NCBI GenBank assembly: GCA_043814095.1
Contig: JBDRKI010000037.1
Span: 28,032 to 92,031 of the forward strand
Direction of reading: 5' to 3'
Source of the DNA: Armatimonadota bacterium
Lineage (GTDB): Bacteria > Vulcanimicrobiota > JACPDS01 > JBDRKI01
Length of the DNA stretch: 64,000 nt
A program made the position numbers and the translations under genes. A model generated the notes under the pieces. That model saw only the letters and a program-made list of their open reading frames with translations, did no database searches and had not been told where the DNA came from. Shown here piece after piece: positions 41,442-51,695 of the stretch (position 1 is its first letter; each line of letters opens with the position of its first letter).

Positions 41442-42875
41442 ATGGACTTTATTACGGCAATAGGGCTTGAGATTCATGTTGAACTGAAAACAGAATCCAA
41501 GCTTTTCTGCGGCTGCAGGAACAAATTTACCAGAGACCCGAATACAAATGTCTGCCCGGTCTGTCTGGGGTATCCGGGGGTGCTTCCTGTTGTAAATGAA
41601 AAAGCGGTAGAACTTCTTATTAGGTCAGCTCTTTCTTTGAATTGTAGTATTGCTTCTTTCAGCAAGTTTGACAGGAAGAACTATTTTTATCCGGATATGC
41701 CTAAAAACTACCAGGTCTCACAGTATGATATGCCTCTCGCGGAGAACGGCTATATTACGGTCGGGGATAAAAAGATAAGGATAAAAAGAATACATTTAGA
41801 GGAAGATACCGGTAAATCCGTTCATAAAGGCACAATTGATAAATCCGAATATACCCTGGAAGATTATAATAGAGCCGGTGTGCCTCTTATGGAGATTGTA
41901 ACAGAACCCGATATCTTCTCTCCGGAAGAAGCTTATGAGTTTTTAACTAAACTGAAAAAGATCCTGGAATGGATAGGGGTAAGCGACTGCAGGATGGAAG
42001 AGGGCTCGTTAAGATGCGACGCAAACATATCGGTCAGAGATAAAGAAAAGAGTTTGTCGGATATTAATTATAAGGTTGAGATAAAAAATATGAATTCGTT
42101 TAAATCCGTCCTTAAGGCACTCTCCTATGAACAGGAAAGACAGACTGGAATTTTAAAAGATAACGGGGTAATTGATCAGTCAACGCGCGGGTGGGATGAA
42201 GATAAGCAGATTACATTTCTGATGCGCAGCAAAGAAGAAGTTCATGATTACAGGTATTTTCCCGAGCCGGATCTTCTGCCCATGGAGATAAGCGGCGAAT
42301 GGATAAACAGGATAAAAGAAGATATATTTGAACTTCCGGAGGAGACTTCTAAAAGATTTATTGAAAAATACGGCTTGAATGAATATGATTCATCCATATT
42401 GATTCAATCTGTTGAATTTTCAAGATTTTTTGAAGAAGCGGTAAGGAATTATCCCGAACCCAAGATTATATGCAACTGGCTTACCCAGGATATATCAAAA
42501 GTACTTAATGATAAAGGTATAGATCTTGGAAGTTCAGCTCTTAAGGTAGACAACTTTATAAAACTGCTTAACCTTATCAAAAAAGGAGTAATAAGCGGTA
42601 AGATAGCGAAGGATATAATAACGGATATTATTGAAGGAAAAGACCCGGAAGAAGTGATAAAAGAAAAAAATCTGGCTGTTATATCCGACAGCGGCGAGGT
42701 TGAGAAAATAATAGATAAGGTTTTAGATGATAACACGGACTCTGTGGAAAAGTATAAAAAGGGGCACGAGAAAGTATTTGTTTTTTTAGTCGGACAGATT
42801 ATGAAAGAGTCCCGGGGTAAAGCCGATCCTAAATCTGTAAATGAATTATTAAAGAAAAAACTGGAGCGGAGGTAA
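41442..42875 (+). CDS. gatB: Asp/Glu-tRNA amidotransferase subunit B
   Basis: IGLEIHVEL, FDRKNYFYPD, HLEEDTGK, RCDANIS, DYRYFPEPDL. Confidence 0.97.
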   Translation: MDFITAIGLEIHVELKTESKLFCGCRNKFTRDPNTNVCPVCLGYPGVLPVVNEKAVELLIRSALSLNCSIASFSKFDRKNYFYPDMPKNYQVSQYDMPLAENGYITVGDKKIRIKRIHLEEDTGKSVHKGTIDKSEYTLEDYNRAGVPLMEIVTEPDIFSPEEAYEFLTKLKKILEWIGVSDCRMEEGSLRCDANISVRDKEKSLSDINYKVEIKNMNSFKSVLKALSYEQERQTGILKDNGVIDQSTRGWDEDKQITFLMRSKEEVHDYRYFPEPDLLPMEISGEWINRIKEDIFELPEETSKRFIEKYGLNEYDSSILIQSVEFSRFFEEAVRNYPEPKIICNWLTQDISKVLNDKGIDLGSSALKVDNFIKLLNLIKKGVISGKIAKDIITDIIEGKDPEEVIKEKNLAVISDSGEVEKIIDKVLDDNTDSVEKYKKGHEKVFVFLVGQIMKESRGKADPKSVNELLKKKLERR

Positions 42876-42877
42876 AA

Positions 42878-44821
42878 ATGATACAGGAAGATCTGGATCT
42901 TGCGTTAGTTCCTTTAGATGAAGCCCAGGAGCGCTGGAGCAGTGAAATAGATTTTAAAGACTGCGCCAAGCTTGCTCCGGAAGAGAAAATTAAGGTTGAA
43001 GACTCCCTGGACAGGATAACAGCCGAGAATGTTATGGCAAAAGTCTCATATCCGCATTTCTTCATGTCGGGAATAGACGGTATCGCCGTAAGCTCCGTAC
43101 TTACATATAACGCTTCACCCGCAACCCCTGTGCAGTTAAAGATGGGCGAAGCCGGCTATTTTGTTGATAACGGCAGGCAGCTGCCGGCGGGATGCGATGC
43201 TGTTATACCGATAGAAAGAGTTAAATTTCATTCCCTGGAACTTATTGAGATAACCGATAAAGTCACGCCATGGGAGAATATAAGGCCGATAGGTCAGGAA
43301 GTAGCGAAACAGGAGATCATCATACCTAAAAACTCCAGGATAAGAAGCTTTGATATAGGAGCCATGCTTTCAAGCGGTGTGGATAAAATAAAGGTGCGGA
43401 AAAAGCCCAAAATAGGCATTATTTCCGTTGGCGACAACCTGATTCCGCCGGGGGATACGTTAGAGCCCGGATCCCTTTACGAATCCACCTCATATATCCT
43501 TTCTAATATTATCAAGGATCACGGAGCTTTATCCGGTATATATTCGATATCACAGGAAAACCTGGAAGATTTAAATAAGATTGTTTCAAAAGCCGTTGAA
43601 AAAGAAGATATGGTAATAATTATCGCGGGATGCGCCAGGGGCACGAATTTAGTAGCGGATCTTATGTTAAAAGCCGGCGAGCTCGCGGTTTTCGGTACAT
43701 GTATGAAGCCGGGTCAGTCTGTTTGCGCCGGTTTTATAAGCGATAAATGCGTAATAGGGGTTCCTCATTTCCCGTTCTCCGCTTATATCGCTTTTGAATC
43801 CTTTATTCTGCCGGTTATCCTGAGAATGCAGGGTGTATCCGCGGCATCAAAGGAAAAAGCCAATGCGGTACTTGCCAGTATTGTAAATTCACCCATAGGC
43901 ATTGATGAATTTATAAGGGTTCAGCTTGTAAACGTGGGAACAAAAATGATAGCAGTTCCGATGTCCAGGGGGGCGGAGCTTCTTATGTCCCTTGTTAAAG
44001 CGGACGGTATGCTTAAAATATCAAGCGAGATTTCAAAAATTAACGCCGGTTCAATAGTTGAAGTTGATCTTCTGACAAACAGGGCAAATATAGACAAAAA
44101 CCTTATAATGATGGGCACCTATGACTTTATATGGCAGATTATCAGGAACCTCATATATAAACTGGGACATAAAGTCAACCTGCATACATACAATATAGGA
44201 AGCAGGCAGGGATTAAAAGCTCTGAAAGACGGGTTAAACCATTTTTCCGGCATCCACATGTTTGACAGTAAATCAGGGGAATTCAACACGCCTTTTGTAA
44301 AAGATTATTTAGATGACGTGCCGGTAATAATGGTTAATTTGTTTAACAGGTTAATCGGCCTTGTCGTAAAGCAGGGTAATCCCAAAAATATTAACGGGTT
44401 TGAAGATCTTATAAGGGAAGATGTTAAATTTGTGAACAGGAATGTCGGATCGGGCACTCGTTCAATATTTGATCACGCATTAATGAAGAGCGGGATCGGT
44501 TCCCAGCAGATAAGCGGGTATAACGAAGAAATAAATAACCATATGGCGGCTGCTCAGGTTATAGCAAGTTCTTCGGCTGACGCGGCTTTGGGCATATACA
44601 TGAGCGCGAAAGCGCTGGATCTTGATTTTATACCCGTTGAAGCAATGACGGAAAGATATGATATTGTCATACCTAAAAAATTCCTTAATGATCATAAAAT
44701 ACAGGTACTGCTGCACCTTTTAAATTCAAAATCGTTTAAAAAAGAAGTTAAAGATTTAAAAGGTTATGATTTTTCAAATATCGGCAAAGTTTATTACGAT
44801 TCTGACGAGAAGTGGCAGTAA
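42878..44821 (+). CDS. moeA: Molybdopterin molybdotransferase MoeA fused to periplasmic-binding-protein-like domain
   Basis: DGIAV, LPAGCDAVIPIE, KPG; C-terminal VNRN.GSGTR and ERYDIVI. Confidence 0.85.
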   Translation: MIQEDLDLALVPLDEAQERWSSEIDFKDCAKLAPEEKIKVEDSLDRITAENVMAKVSYPHFFMSGIDGIAVSSVLTYNASPATPVQLKMGEAGYFVDNGRQLPAGCDAVIPIERVKFHSLELIEITDKVTPWENIRPIGQEVAKQEIIIPKNSRIRSFDIGAMLSSGVDKIKVRKKPKIGIISVGDNLIPPGDTLEPGSLYESTSYILSNIIKDHGALSGIYSISQENLEDLNKIVSKAVEKEDMVIIIAGCARGTNLVADLMLKAGELAVFGTCMKPGQSVCAGFISDKCVIGVPHFPFSAYIAFESFILPVILRMQGVSAASKEKANAVLASIVNSPIGIDEFIRVQLVNVGTKMIAVPMSRGAELLMSLVKADGMLKISSEISKINAGSIVEVDLLTNRANIDKNLIMMGTYDFIWQIIRNLIYKLGHKVNLHTYNIGSRQGLKALKDGLNHFSGIHMFDSKSGEFNTPFVKDYLDDVPVIMVNLFNRLIGLVVKQGNPKNINGFEDLIREDVKFVNRNVGSGTRSIFDHALMKSGIGSQQISGYNEEINNHMAAAQVIASSSADAALGIYMSAKALDLDFIPVEAMTERYDIVIPKKFLNDHKIQVLLHLLNSKSFKKEVKDLKGYDFSNIGKVYYDSDEKWQ

Positions 44822-44902
44822 AAATATATATTGACAAATTTACCGCTTTATTATATATAAAGTAATGATGTTAGCTTTTTTATTATACGGAGTTGTTATC
44901 AG

Positions 44903-45196
44903 ATGCCTATATACCAGTATAAATGCGCAAAATGCGGCAATTTTGAAGAAAAGTTTCAGAAAATAGGGGATCAACCTTTAAAAAAATGTAAAGCCTGCGG
45001 CGGCAAACTGGAGAAGGTTATATCTCCCATAGGTATAATATTTAAAGGCGGCGGTTTTCACGTAACCGATTACAGTAGAGGAAAATCAGGAGGGGATGTA
45101 GAAGCTTCAGATAAAAAGAAAGATGCTATTAAAAAAGAAGATAAAACAAAAAAAGAAAAAGAGAACAAAGACAAAAAAGGTAAAAAAGAAGATTAA
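44903..45196 (+). CDS. FmdB family zinc-ribbon regulatory protein
   Basis: MPIYQYKC..CG..., C..CGG, FKGGGFHVTDY. Confidence 0.92.
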   Translation: MPIYQYKCAKCGNFEEKFQKIGDQPLKKCKACGGKLEKVISPIGIIFKGGGFHVTDYSRGKSGGDVEASDKKKDAIKKEDKTKKEKENKDKKGKKED

Positions 45197-45835
45197 ATGT
45201 TTAAAAAAATTATAAAGTATATTGAACGGATATCCGTTAAGAACATAGATGTTGATTATAAAGACGATAAGCTTAACGTAAAGTTAGACAACCTGTCTTT
45301 AAACGCTCAGGGGAATCCCGACCTGGTAATTAAAAAACTGGTGCTTGCGGATCTTTTTCCGAAGAAAACAAAAAAAGCCGAAGGTAGTCCCTTGTTCCGT
45401 TTTGAGGGGATTGATGTTTTAATCAGTCAGAATTTTATCACATCTATATTAAATATAATTTTTGCTAAAATAAGGTTTATTGATTACTTGAAGTTCAGGA
45501 TAGATAATTCCAAACTTATACTTAAAGGCGCGGTTAAAAAATATATACTCTTCCCGTTTTATATTGAACTGGATTTTAACCAGTTGAAAAATTTCTTATG
45601 CATTGAATTTAAAAGCTTATGGCTTATGGATATACTGCCTTTTCCGACATTTACCTTGAAAAGGATTTTTAAGTTTATAGATGATAAAATGAACCTGCCT
45701 TTTATGGCTTTTGAGGGCAACAGGGTTTTTATAGATTTTGAAAAAATTGAATATTTTAAGAAAAACAACCTTATATTAAGAAAAATAAGGTTTTCCGAGG
45801 GTTTTATAAATTTAGTCGTAGATGTTGATAAATAG
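45197..45835 (+). CDS. Hypothetical protein
   Basis: 212-aa ORF abutting upstream stop. Confidence 0.7.
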   Translation: MFKKIIKYIERISVKNIDVDYKDDKLNVKLDNLSLNAQGNPDLVIKKLVLADLFPKKTKKAEGSPLFRFEGIDVLISQNFITSILNIIFAKIRFIDYLKFRIDNSKLILKGAVKKYILFPFYIELDFNQLKNFLCIEFKSLWLMDILPFPTFTLKRIFKFIDDKMNLPFMAFEGNRVFIDFEKIEYFKKNNLILRKIRFSEGFINLVVDVDK

Positions 45836-45853
45836 CCGGATATTTGTTAGAAT
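45825..45853 (+). promoter_or_regulatory. Sigma-70/A promoter
   Basis: TTGATA-N17-TAGAAT with extended -10 TG. Confidence 0.6.
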
Positions 45854-45868
45854 ATCTGTAATAAAAAG

Positions 45869-45984
45869 TTTCCGAGGCATAAGGACTTGTACCCAAATTT
45901 GAAGACTTTATCCCGGGGGTCCGGGAGGGTGGTTCAAAAAGGTTTGCCAAGGATGTGAAGACAAGTCCACAAAATCTTTGGAAA
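45869..45984 (+). ncRNA. Candidate structured 5' leader RNA
   Basis: Nested stems TTTCCGAGG/CTTTGGAAA, GGACTTGT/ACAAGTCC, TTTGAA/TTCAAA, TCCCGG/CCGGGA. Confidence 0.45.
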
Positions 45985-46000
45985 GGAGAACCTAACAGGG

Positions 46001-46288
46001 ATGGAAGAGAAACAAGACAGAACCTTAAAATGCAAAGAATGCGGTAATGACTTTGTCTTTACAGCTGGCGAACAGACATTTTACGCAGAAAAAGGTTTCG
46101 AAAACGAACCCATGAGATGTCCCGAGTGCAGAAGAGCGAGAAAACAGTCACGCGGCGGCCCGAGAAGACCGAAAAAACTGTTTGACGCGGTATGCGCAGA
46201 ATGCGGACAGAATACTCAGGTGCCGTTTTTCCCGAAAGGCGAAAAACCGGTTTACTGCAAAGAATGTTTTGAAAAAAAACAAGTATAG
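46001..46288 (+). CDS. Zinc-ribbon CxxC-x17-CxxC domain protein
   Basis: DRTLKCKECG..FVFTAGEQ.FY...GF.NEP.RC..CR; CAECG....VPF.P....PVYC.ECF. Confidence 0.92.
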   Translation: MEEKQDRTLKCKECGNDFVFTAGEQTFYAEKGFENEPMRCPECRRARKQSRGGPRRPKKLFDAVCAECGQNTQVPFFPKGEKPVYCKECFEKKQV

Positions 46289-46300
46289 TCAGTAAAAAAT

Positions 46301-46335
46301 AAAAAACAGCCTGCCTTAAAACAGGCTGTTTTTTT
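46301..46335 (+). terminator. Intrinsic terminator
   Basis: AAAAAACAGCCTG...CAGGCTGTTTTTTT. Confidence 0.82.
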
Positions 46336-46472
46336 ATTTTTGTTTATACTTTTCTTCCTTTTGTTTGTTTTCTTATGTCAATTCCTTCTTTTTATTTTAC
46401 TTAGAGGAAAAGTTTCGGATGTATTGAATATAATTAAAAACGAAGTAATCATGCGGCATTGAAGGTGAGATA

Positions 46473-47252
46473 ATGAATCAGGAATTCAAAAAAGAAGTTT
46501 CAACCCTTATAAAAGGCGTAAAAGCGAAGTTCGGTATCGCGGTTACTGACCTGAACAAAAAAAACTTATTTTTATATAACGCTGATGAGGTATTCCCTGC
46601 CGCGAGCATTATTAAAATACCTATTTTAATTGAACTGTTATGCCAGGTTCAGAAGAAAAAAAACAACCTTAAAAAAAGAGACACATTGAAAAATTCGGAT
46701 AAAGTCGGAGGTTCGGGAGTTCTCCAGTTTATGGATAATGACTTAAAACCTACAGTTTTAGACCTGGCTAAATTAATGATAATTATAAGCGACAATACCG
46801 CGACTAATATGCTTATAGATATACTCGGCATGGATGCGGTTAATAAAATGATGAGGTCTCTGGGGATAGTAAAAACCGTTCTCGGACGGAAACTCCATAT
46901 AGATCCCAAGGCTTTAACTTCTAAGAATTTTGCCACACCCCGGGATATTATGATTCTGCTGGAAAAAATATACGACAAAAATTTTATGCAGCCGAAATAC
47001 AGGGATATGGCGCTTAATATATTATCAGAACAGCAGTATAATGATAAAATATCGGCTGATTTTCCCGAGGACGTGAAATTCGCTCATAAAACAGGGGAAA
47101 TAAATTCAGTGCGCAGCGATGCAGGAATTGTGTTGAATAAGGATAATCCTTTTATTATAGTGGTTTTAACTAAGAATGTTGAAAATATAAAAAAGGTGGA
47201 TCAGATTATATCTAAAATAGGATTATTAGCGTTAAAATTTTGGGGAAGGTAG
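46473..47252 (+). CDS. Class A beta-lactamase-like serine hydrolase
   Basis: PAASIIK (SxxK), SDN, HKTG; no signal peptide. Confidence 0.88.
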   Translation: MNQEFKKEVSTLIKGVKAKFGIAVTDLNKKNLFLYNADEVFPAASIIKIPILIELLCQVQKKKNNLKKRDTLKNSDKVGGSGVLQFMDNDLKPTVLDLAKLMIIISDNTATNMLIDILGMDAVNKMMRSLGIVKTVLGRKLHIDPKALTSKNFATPRDIMILLEKIYDKNFMQPKYRDMALNILSEQQYNDKISADFPEDVKFAHKTGEINSVRSDAGIVLNKDNPFIIVVLTKNVENIKKVDQIISKIGLLALKFWGR

Positions 47253-47254
47253 TT

Positions 47255-48478
47255 ATGGTTAAAGCTTTGAATGAAACACAAGCCGTTTTAGAAAAAATTA
47301 ATGAAAGGGCGGATGCCTTTATAAAAATGGCGAATAAGAAATTCGGCGTTAATCTTGATTTTTCCGAAGAATCACTTATTGTGGCCGATGATCTTATTAC
47401 TATGTTTTTTAAAAAGCACAGACAGCATTTTTACCAGGCGGCAGTCTTAATAGGATGTTATCTGGGTGAAGTAATAATAAAGAACTTGGGCGGCAAGTGG
47501 CTTACGGACCATTCCATTAAAAAGGTCGGCAAGACAAAGCTTTTAGTAAAGCCCATTAATAAAGCAGGGCAGAGACTTGCGAGCGGGCTCTCCGCTTCAT
47601 TAACTCTTTATTACAGGACTTTAAAGGCAAACTCCTGTTTTGATTTGAGTTTCGCTAAGGATGAAAAGAAAATAGAAAGAAATTATGATATTTTAATTAA
47701 AAACAAGTGGGATCAGAAACTTTTAGACAGGATTACAGATGAGGGAGAACCCCGGTACGTAAGGGAAGAAGCCGCGGATGTTATAAACAGAATACATTCT
47801 AAGGATATTCTAAATAAGCTGTTAAAAACTTTAGAAGATCATGGCCAGGTATATTATGCCGCTATAGCCCTTCAGGGATTTAAAGACGATAAAATGTATA
47901 AGCCTTTAATGAAAGCTTTGAAAGAGGCAAGGTCCAATATCGTAAAAATACAGATAATGCTCGCGCTCGGTAATCTGGGCAATAACGGATGTGTGGATGA
48001 ACTAATAGAATTTTTGAGAAGCGAAGATGAACTGTTAGCTTATTACGCTTCTATAGCCATTGGTAAAATAGGAGGAGATAAAGCATTAAAATACCTGCTG
48101 GATATACTGGGCGGGTTAACTAAAGGGCGAAGAGTTTACGCAATTTCGGCGTTAGAATTAATGGGGGACAAACGGTCTGTTCCCGCTTTAATAGAAACAT
48201 TATTTTCCAGGGATGATGAACTGTGTGAAGCCGCGGTCAGGGCGCTGCAGTTTATACCGGATCAGAGAGCTTTCAAGCCGCTTATGTATTTATTGAAAGA
48301 GCCGTCCGCCAATGTGAGGATTCTTGCTGCGTACGCGCTGGCAAATGTTGATAAGAAAAAAGCTCTGGAAGCGGTAAAAACTCTCTTAAAAGATGAAGTT
48401 GAGCTGGTAAGACAGCATGCGGATAATATCATTAAGCATATAGAAGCCGGTAACGGTCAGATGCTTAAATGTATTTAA
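47255..48478 (+). CDS. HEAT/PBS-lyase repeat protein
   Basis: Repeated A..ALG.IG/LG units; ATG 47255 preferred over overlapping TTG 47240. Confidence 0.82.
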   Translation: MVKALNETQAVLEKINERADAFIKMANKKFGVNLDFSEESLIVADDLITMFFKKHRQHFYQAAVLIGCYLGEVIIKNLGGKWLTDHSIKKVGKTKLLVKPINKAGQRLASGLSASLTLYYRTLKANSCFDLSFAKDEKKIERNYDILIKNKWDQKLLDRITDEGEPRYVREEAADVINRIHSKDILNKLLKTLEDHGQVYYAAIALQGFKDDKMYKPLMKALKEARSNIVKIQIMLALGNLGNNGCVDELIEFLRSEDELLAYYASIAIGKIGGDKALKYLLDILGGLTKGRRVYAISALELMGDKRSVPALIETLFSRDDELCEAAVRALQFIPDQRAFKPLMYLLKEPSANVRILAAYALANVDKKKALEAVKTLLKDEVELVRQHADNIIKHIEAGNGQMLKCI

Positions 48479-48569
48479 AATAATTGTTTTCGCCGCCTTA
48501 GATAACCCTCTGTATTTATCCTTTATAAATAAGGCTTTTTTTTGTGTGTTTTTATTGTTGTATTGTTCC

Positions 48570-48598
48570 TTGACACCTGCTTTTAAAGAGAATAAAAT
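48570..48598 (+). promoter_or_regulatory. Sigma-70/A promoter of rny operon
   Basis: TTGACA-N17-TAAAAT. Confidence 0.7.
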
Positions 48599-48775
48599 AT
48601 TAACTGGCATATTTTAGCTTAGTTTATTTTATTAAAAGGGTTGGATAATATTTACGGACAGTAAAGGGGTATCAACTGTTTTCCCGTAAATAGTTTTCAG
48701 CTGTCATTTTTAAAGGGAAGAATTATAAAGTAGGCGACAAATAATAAATCATAATATTTAGGAGGTGAGATAGCT

Positions 48776-50308
48776 ATTAATACTTACTTAATTTACACGG
48801 TAATTTTTGCGGTAGGTATTGCTATAGGAATAGCGGTACTTTCCGTATTTCAGAATAAAAAGTTAAATTCTGCGAAAGAAAGCGCAAAGAATGTGCTTGA
48901 AAGTGCGCAGAAAGAAGCTGAAAATCTGAAAAAAGAAAAGCTCATAGAGACTAAAGATGAAGTAATCAAAATGAAGAGCCAGTTAAACAGAGAAACAGAA
49001 CAAAGAAGAGGTGAGCTGCAGAAACTGGAAAGAAGAATTCTTCAAAGAGAAGAAAACATAGACAAAAAGTATGACTCAATAGACAAAAAGGAAAAAAGCA
49101 TATCTCAGAAAGAACAAGATATTGACCAGTTAAAAGAAAAATGGAACCAGAACCTGATCAAGCAGAGAGATGAACTTGAGAAGGTAGCTAAGCTGTCTTC
49201 TGAAGAAGCCAAAAAACTTCTTTTGAAGAGTCTTGAGGGAGATCTAGAATATGATATAGCTGCCAGAATAAAAGATGCGGAAGAAAAGATAAAAGAAGAA
49301 GCGGACCAGAAAGCAAAACGGATAATAAGCACAGCTATACAAAGATATGCTTCCGACCAGGTTGTTGAGTCAACGGTTTCCGTTGTTCCTTTGCCGAATG
49401 ACGAGATGAAAGGAAGAATCATAGGCAGGGAAGGCAGAAACATCAGGATATTTGAGAACCTGACAGGAATAAACCTAATAATAGATGATACCCCGGAAGC
49501 AGTGATTCTATCCGGATTTGACCCTGTAAGAAGAGAGATAGCGCGCCAGACACTGGAAAAGCTGATAGTTGACGGAAGAATACATCCTGCCAGAATAGAA
49601 GAAATGTATAAAAAATGTTCTGCGGAGATGGATCAGAAAATTATCCAGGAAGGCGACCAGGCGGTATTCCAGGTCGGATTAACCGGAATACATCCCGAAC
49701 TTGTAAAACTTATTGGGCGGTTGAAATGGAGAACAAGCTTCGGACAGAATGTGCTCCAGCATTCTCTGGAAGTTGCGTCTCTTACGGGTTCAATAGCCGC
49801 GGAGATCGGCGCGAACGTGAATATAGCCAAAAGGGCCGGACTTCTCCATGATATAGGTAAAGCGGTGGATGCGGAAGTTGAAGGACCCCACGCTCTTATA
49901 GGCGCTAAATTTGCGGAAAAATACAATGAATCACAGGACGTAGTTCACTGTATAGCCGCGCATCATGAAGACGAAGAACAGCGTACTGTTGAAGCGGTTC
50001 TTATACAGTCCTGTGACGCGATATCGGCATCCAGGCCGGGTGCGAGACGCGAATCAATAGAACTGTATATTAAGAGACTGGAAAAACTTGAAGCTGTGGC
50101 AAATTCGTTTGAAGGCGTGGATAAATCGTTTGCCATACAGGCAGGGCGTGAAATAAGGATTATGGTTAAGCCCGAAGAGATAGACGATTTAACCATGTCA
50201 AAACTGGCAAGAGACATAGTTAAGAAAGTAGAAGACGAACTTGATTATCCGGGCCAGATAAAGATAACGGTTATAAGGGAAACAAGGACAGTAGAGCTGG
50301 CCAAGTAA
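48776..50308 (+). CDS. rny: Ribonuclease Y; N-terminal TM anchor lies upstream of annotated GTG 48893 (probable ATT start)
   Basis: KH motif [14 protein letters not shown] motif LLHDIGK, SRPGAR; in-frame TM segment and AGGAGGTG SD upstream. Confidence 0.93.
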   Translation: MNTYLIYTVIFAVGIAIGIAVLSVFQNKKLNSAKESAKNVLESAQKEAENLKKEKLIETKDEVIKMKSQLNRETEQRRGELQKLERRILQREENIDKKYDSIDKKEKSISQKEQDIDQLKEKWNQNLIKQRDELEKVAKLSSEEAKKLLLKSLEGDLEYDIAARIKDAEEKIKEEADQKAKRIISTAIQRYASDQVVESTVSVVPLPNDEMKGRIIGREGRNIRIFENLTGINLIIDDTPEAVILSGFDPVRREIARQTLEKLIVDGRIHPARIEEMYKKCSAEMDQKIIQEGDQAVFQVGLTGIHPELVKLIGRLKWRTSFGQNVLQHSLEVASLTGSIAAEIGANVNIAKRAGLLHDIGKAVDAEVEGPHALIGAKFAEKYNESQDVVHCIAAHHEDEEQRTVEAVLIQSCDAISASRPGARRESIELYIKRLEKLEAVANSFEGVDKSFAIQAGREIRIMVKPEEIDDLTMSKLARDIVKKVEDELDYPGQIKITVIRETRTVELAK

Positions 50309-50400
50309 TAACCGTTATAACATTAAGATGGTTAAAATAATAAAAAATAGCCGCCTTGCCGTAAAAGGCAATGCGGCTATAAACCTTTAATGAGGTAAAT

Positions 50401-51189
50401 ATGAATATTTTATTTATAGCCGACATAATAGGCAAACCGGGCCGCAGGATTATAAAAGAGAATCTGTCCAAGATAAAACGCAGGGAAAAAATTGATTTTG
50501 TGATTGGAAACGGGGAAAACGCGGCAGGGGGATTCGGCCTTACATCCAAGATCAAGGATGAACTTTTTGAATACGGTATAGATATTTTAACTACCGGCAA
50601 CCATGTATGGGATAATAAGGAGATACTGGCTTTTATAGACAAGGATGAGAGAATATTAAGGGGCGCGAACCTGCCCGTGAAATACGGCAGCCCTGTTTAT
50701 AAAACAAAAATAAACGATAAAAAGGTCGCGGTTTTCAGCTTGATAGGCAGGATTTTCATGGGCAATTATTCTATTTCAGACTGTCCTTTCAGGAAAGCCG
50801 ACCGGATTCTTGAAGAGCTCTCCGCCGGTACCGATATTATAATAGTTGATATGCACGCGGAAGCTACATCGGAAAAAAAAGCGATGGGTTTTTATCTTGA
50901 CGGAAGAGCTACCGCGGTTGTGGGTACCCATACTCATGTCTCAACAGCGGATCCGGTAATTCTGCCTAAAGGCACCGCATATATAACCGATGCGGGCATG
51001 ACAGGCCCTATAGATTCGGTTATAGGGGTAGAGAAAGATATTATAATCAATAAATTTCTTACAACAATGCCGAGCCGTTTTGAAGTGGCAAAGGGTCCGG
51101 CCCAGCTGGAAGGAGTGATTATAAGGATAAATGACGCAACAGGTAAGGCGGAATCCATAGAAAGGATCTGTATAAGGGAAGAATCTTAG
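50401..51189 (+). CDS. ymdB: TIGR00282 metallophosphoesterase (YmdB)
   Basis: NGENAAGG.G, GNH.WD, DMHAEATSEK, GTHTHV, TDAGMTG; follows rny. Confidence 0.93.
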   Translation: MNILFIADIIGKPGRRIIKENLSKIKRREKIDFVIGNGENAAGGFGLTSKIKDELFEYGIDILTTGNHVWDNKEILAFIDKDERILRGANLPVKYGSPVYKTKINDKKVAVFSLIGRIFMGNYSISDCPFRKADRILEELSAGTDIIIVDMHAEATSEKKAMGFYLDGRATAVVGTHTHVSTADPVILPKGTAYITDAGMTGPIDSVIGVEKDIIINKFLTTMPSRFEVAKGPAQLEGVIIRINDATGKAESIERICIREES

Positions 51190-51240
51190 AATTTAAAGAT
51201 TTTTTAAAATAAATTATCCTGCTTTTTATGTAAAAACAGC

Positions 51241-51266
51241 AGGATTTTTTTTATATAAAATGAAGT
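51241..51266 (+). promoter_or_regulatory. Sigma-H-type promoter of spoVS
   Basis: GCAGGATTT...GAAGT; spoVS is sigma-H dependent in Bacillus subtilis. Confidence 0.55.
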
Positions 51267-51350
51267 AATATATAAGTTAAAGAGCACTCTCTTAATTTAT
51301 ATACATATATAACAACATATATATTATTAAACCCGGGAAGAGGTGCTGTT

Positions 51351-51617
51351 ATGGTAACAGAGATACTAAAAGTTTCAGCTAAGTCTAGCCCAAACGCCGT
51401 AGCTGGTGCGCTGGCCGGTATTTTGAGGGATAATCCTTCCGCGGAAATGCAGTCAATAGGCGCCGGCGCGATTAACCAGGCCATAAAAGCGGTTGCGATC
51501 GCGAGAGGTTTTATGGCTCCCGCCGGAGTGGAACTTGTCTGTATTCCCGCGTTTACCGAAGTCCAGATTAACGGGGAAGTCCGGACGGCAATTAAAATGA
51601 CGGTTGAAAAGAGATGA
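51351..51617 (+). CDS. spoVS: Stage V sporulation protein S family
   Basis: LKVSAKSSPNAVAGALAG, IGAGAINQAIKAVAIARG. Confidence 0.95.
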   Translation: MVTEILKVSAKSSPNAVAGALAGILRDNPSAEMQSIGAGAINQAIKAVAIARGFMAPAGVELVCIPAFTEVQINGEVRTAIKMTVEKR

Positions 51618-51695
51618 GCAGGCCGTAGAGAGTGAAATAACGGCTTTTATGGGGTTAGCTGTTTATACCCTCTTAAAAGGCGTTTTTAATTAATT

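Noticed and set aside
46473-47252. Antibiotic-resistance beta-lactamase
   Set aside because: No signal peptide; belongs to the broad class A-like serine hydrolase family and resistance cannot be inferred
50347-50380. Hairpin between rny and ymdB as terminator or sRNA
   Set aside because: No U-tract on the coding strand; may be a processing or stability stem but unsupported
51351-51617. spoVS plus sigma-H motif as evidence of sporulation
   Set aside because: SpoVS and SigH-like factors occur in non-sporulating lineages; no other spo genes here
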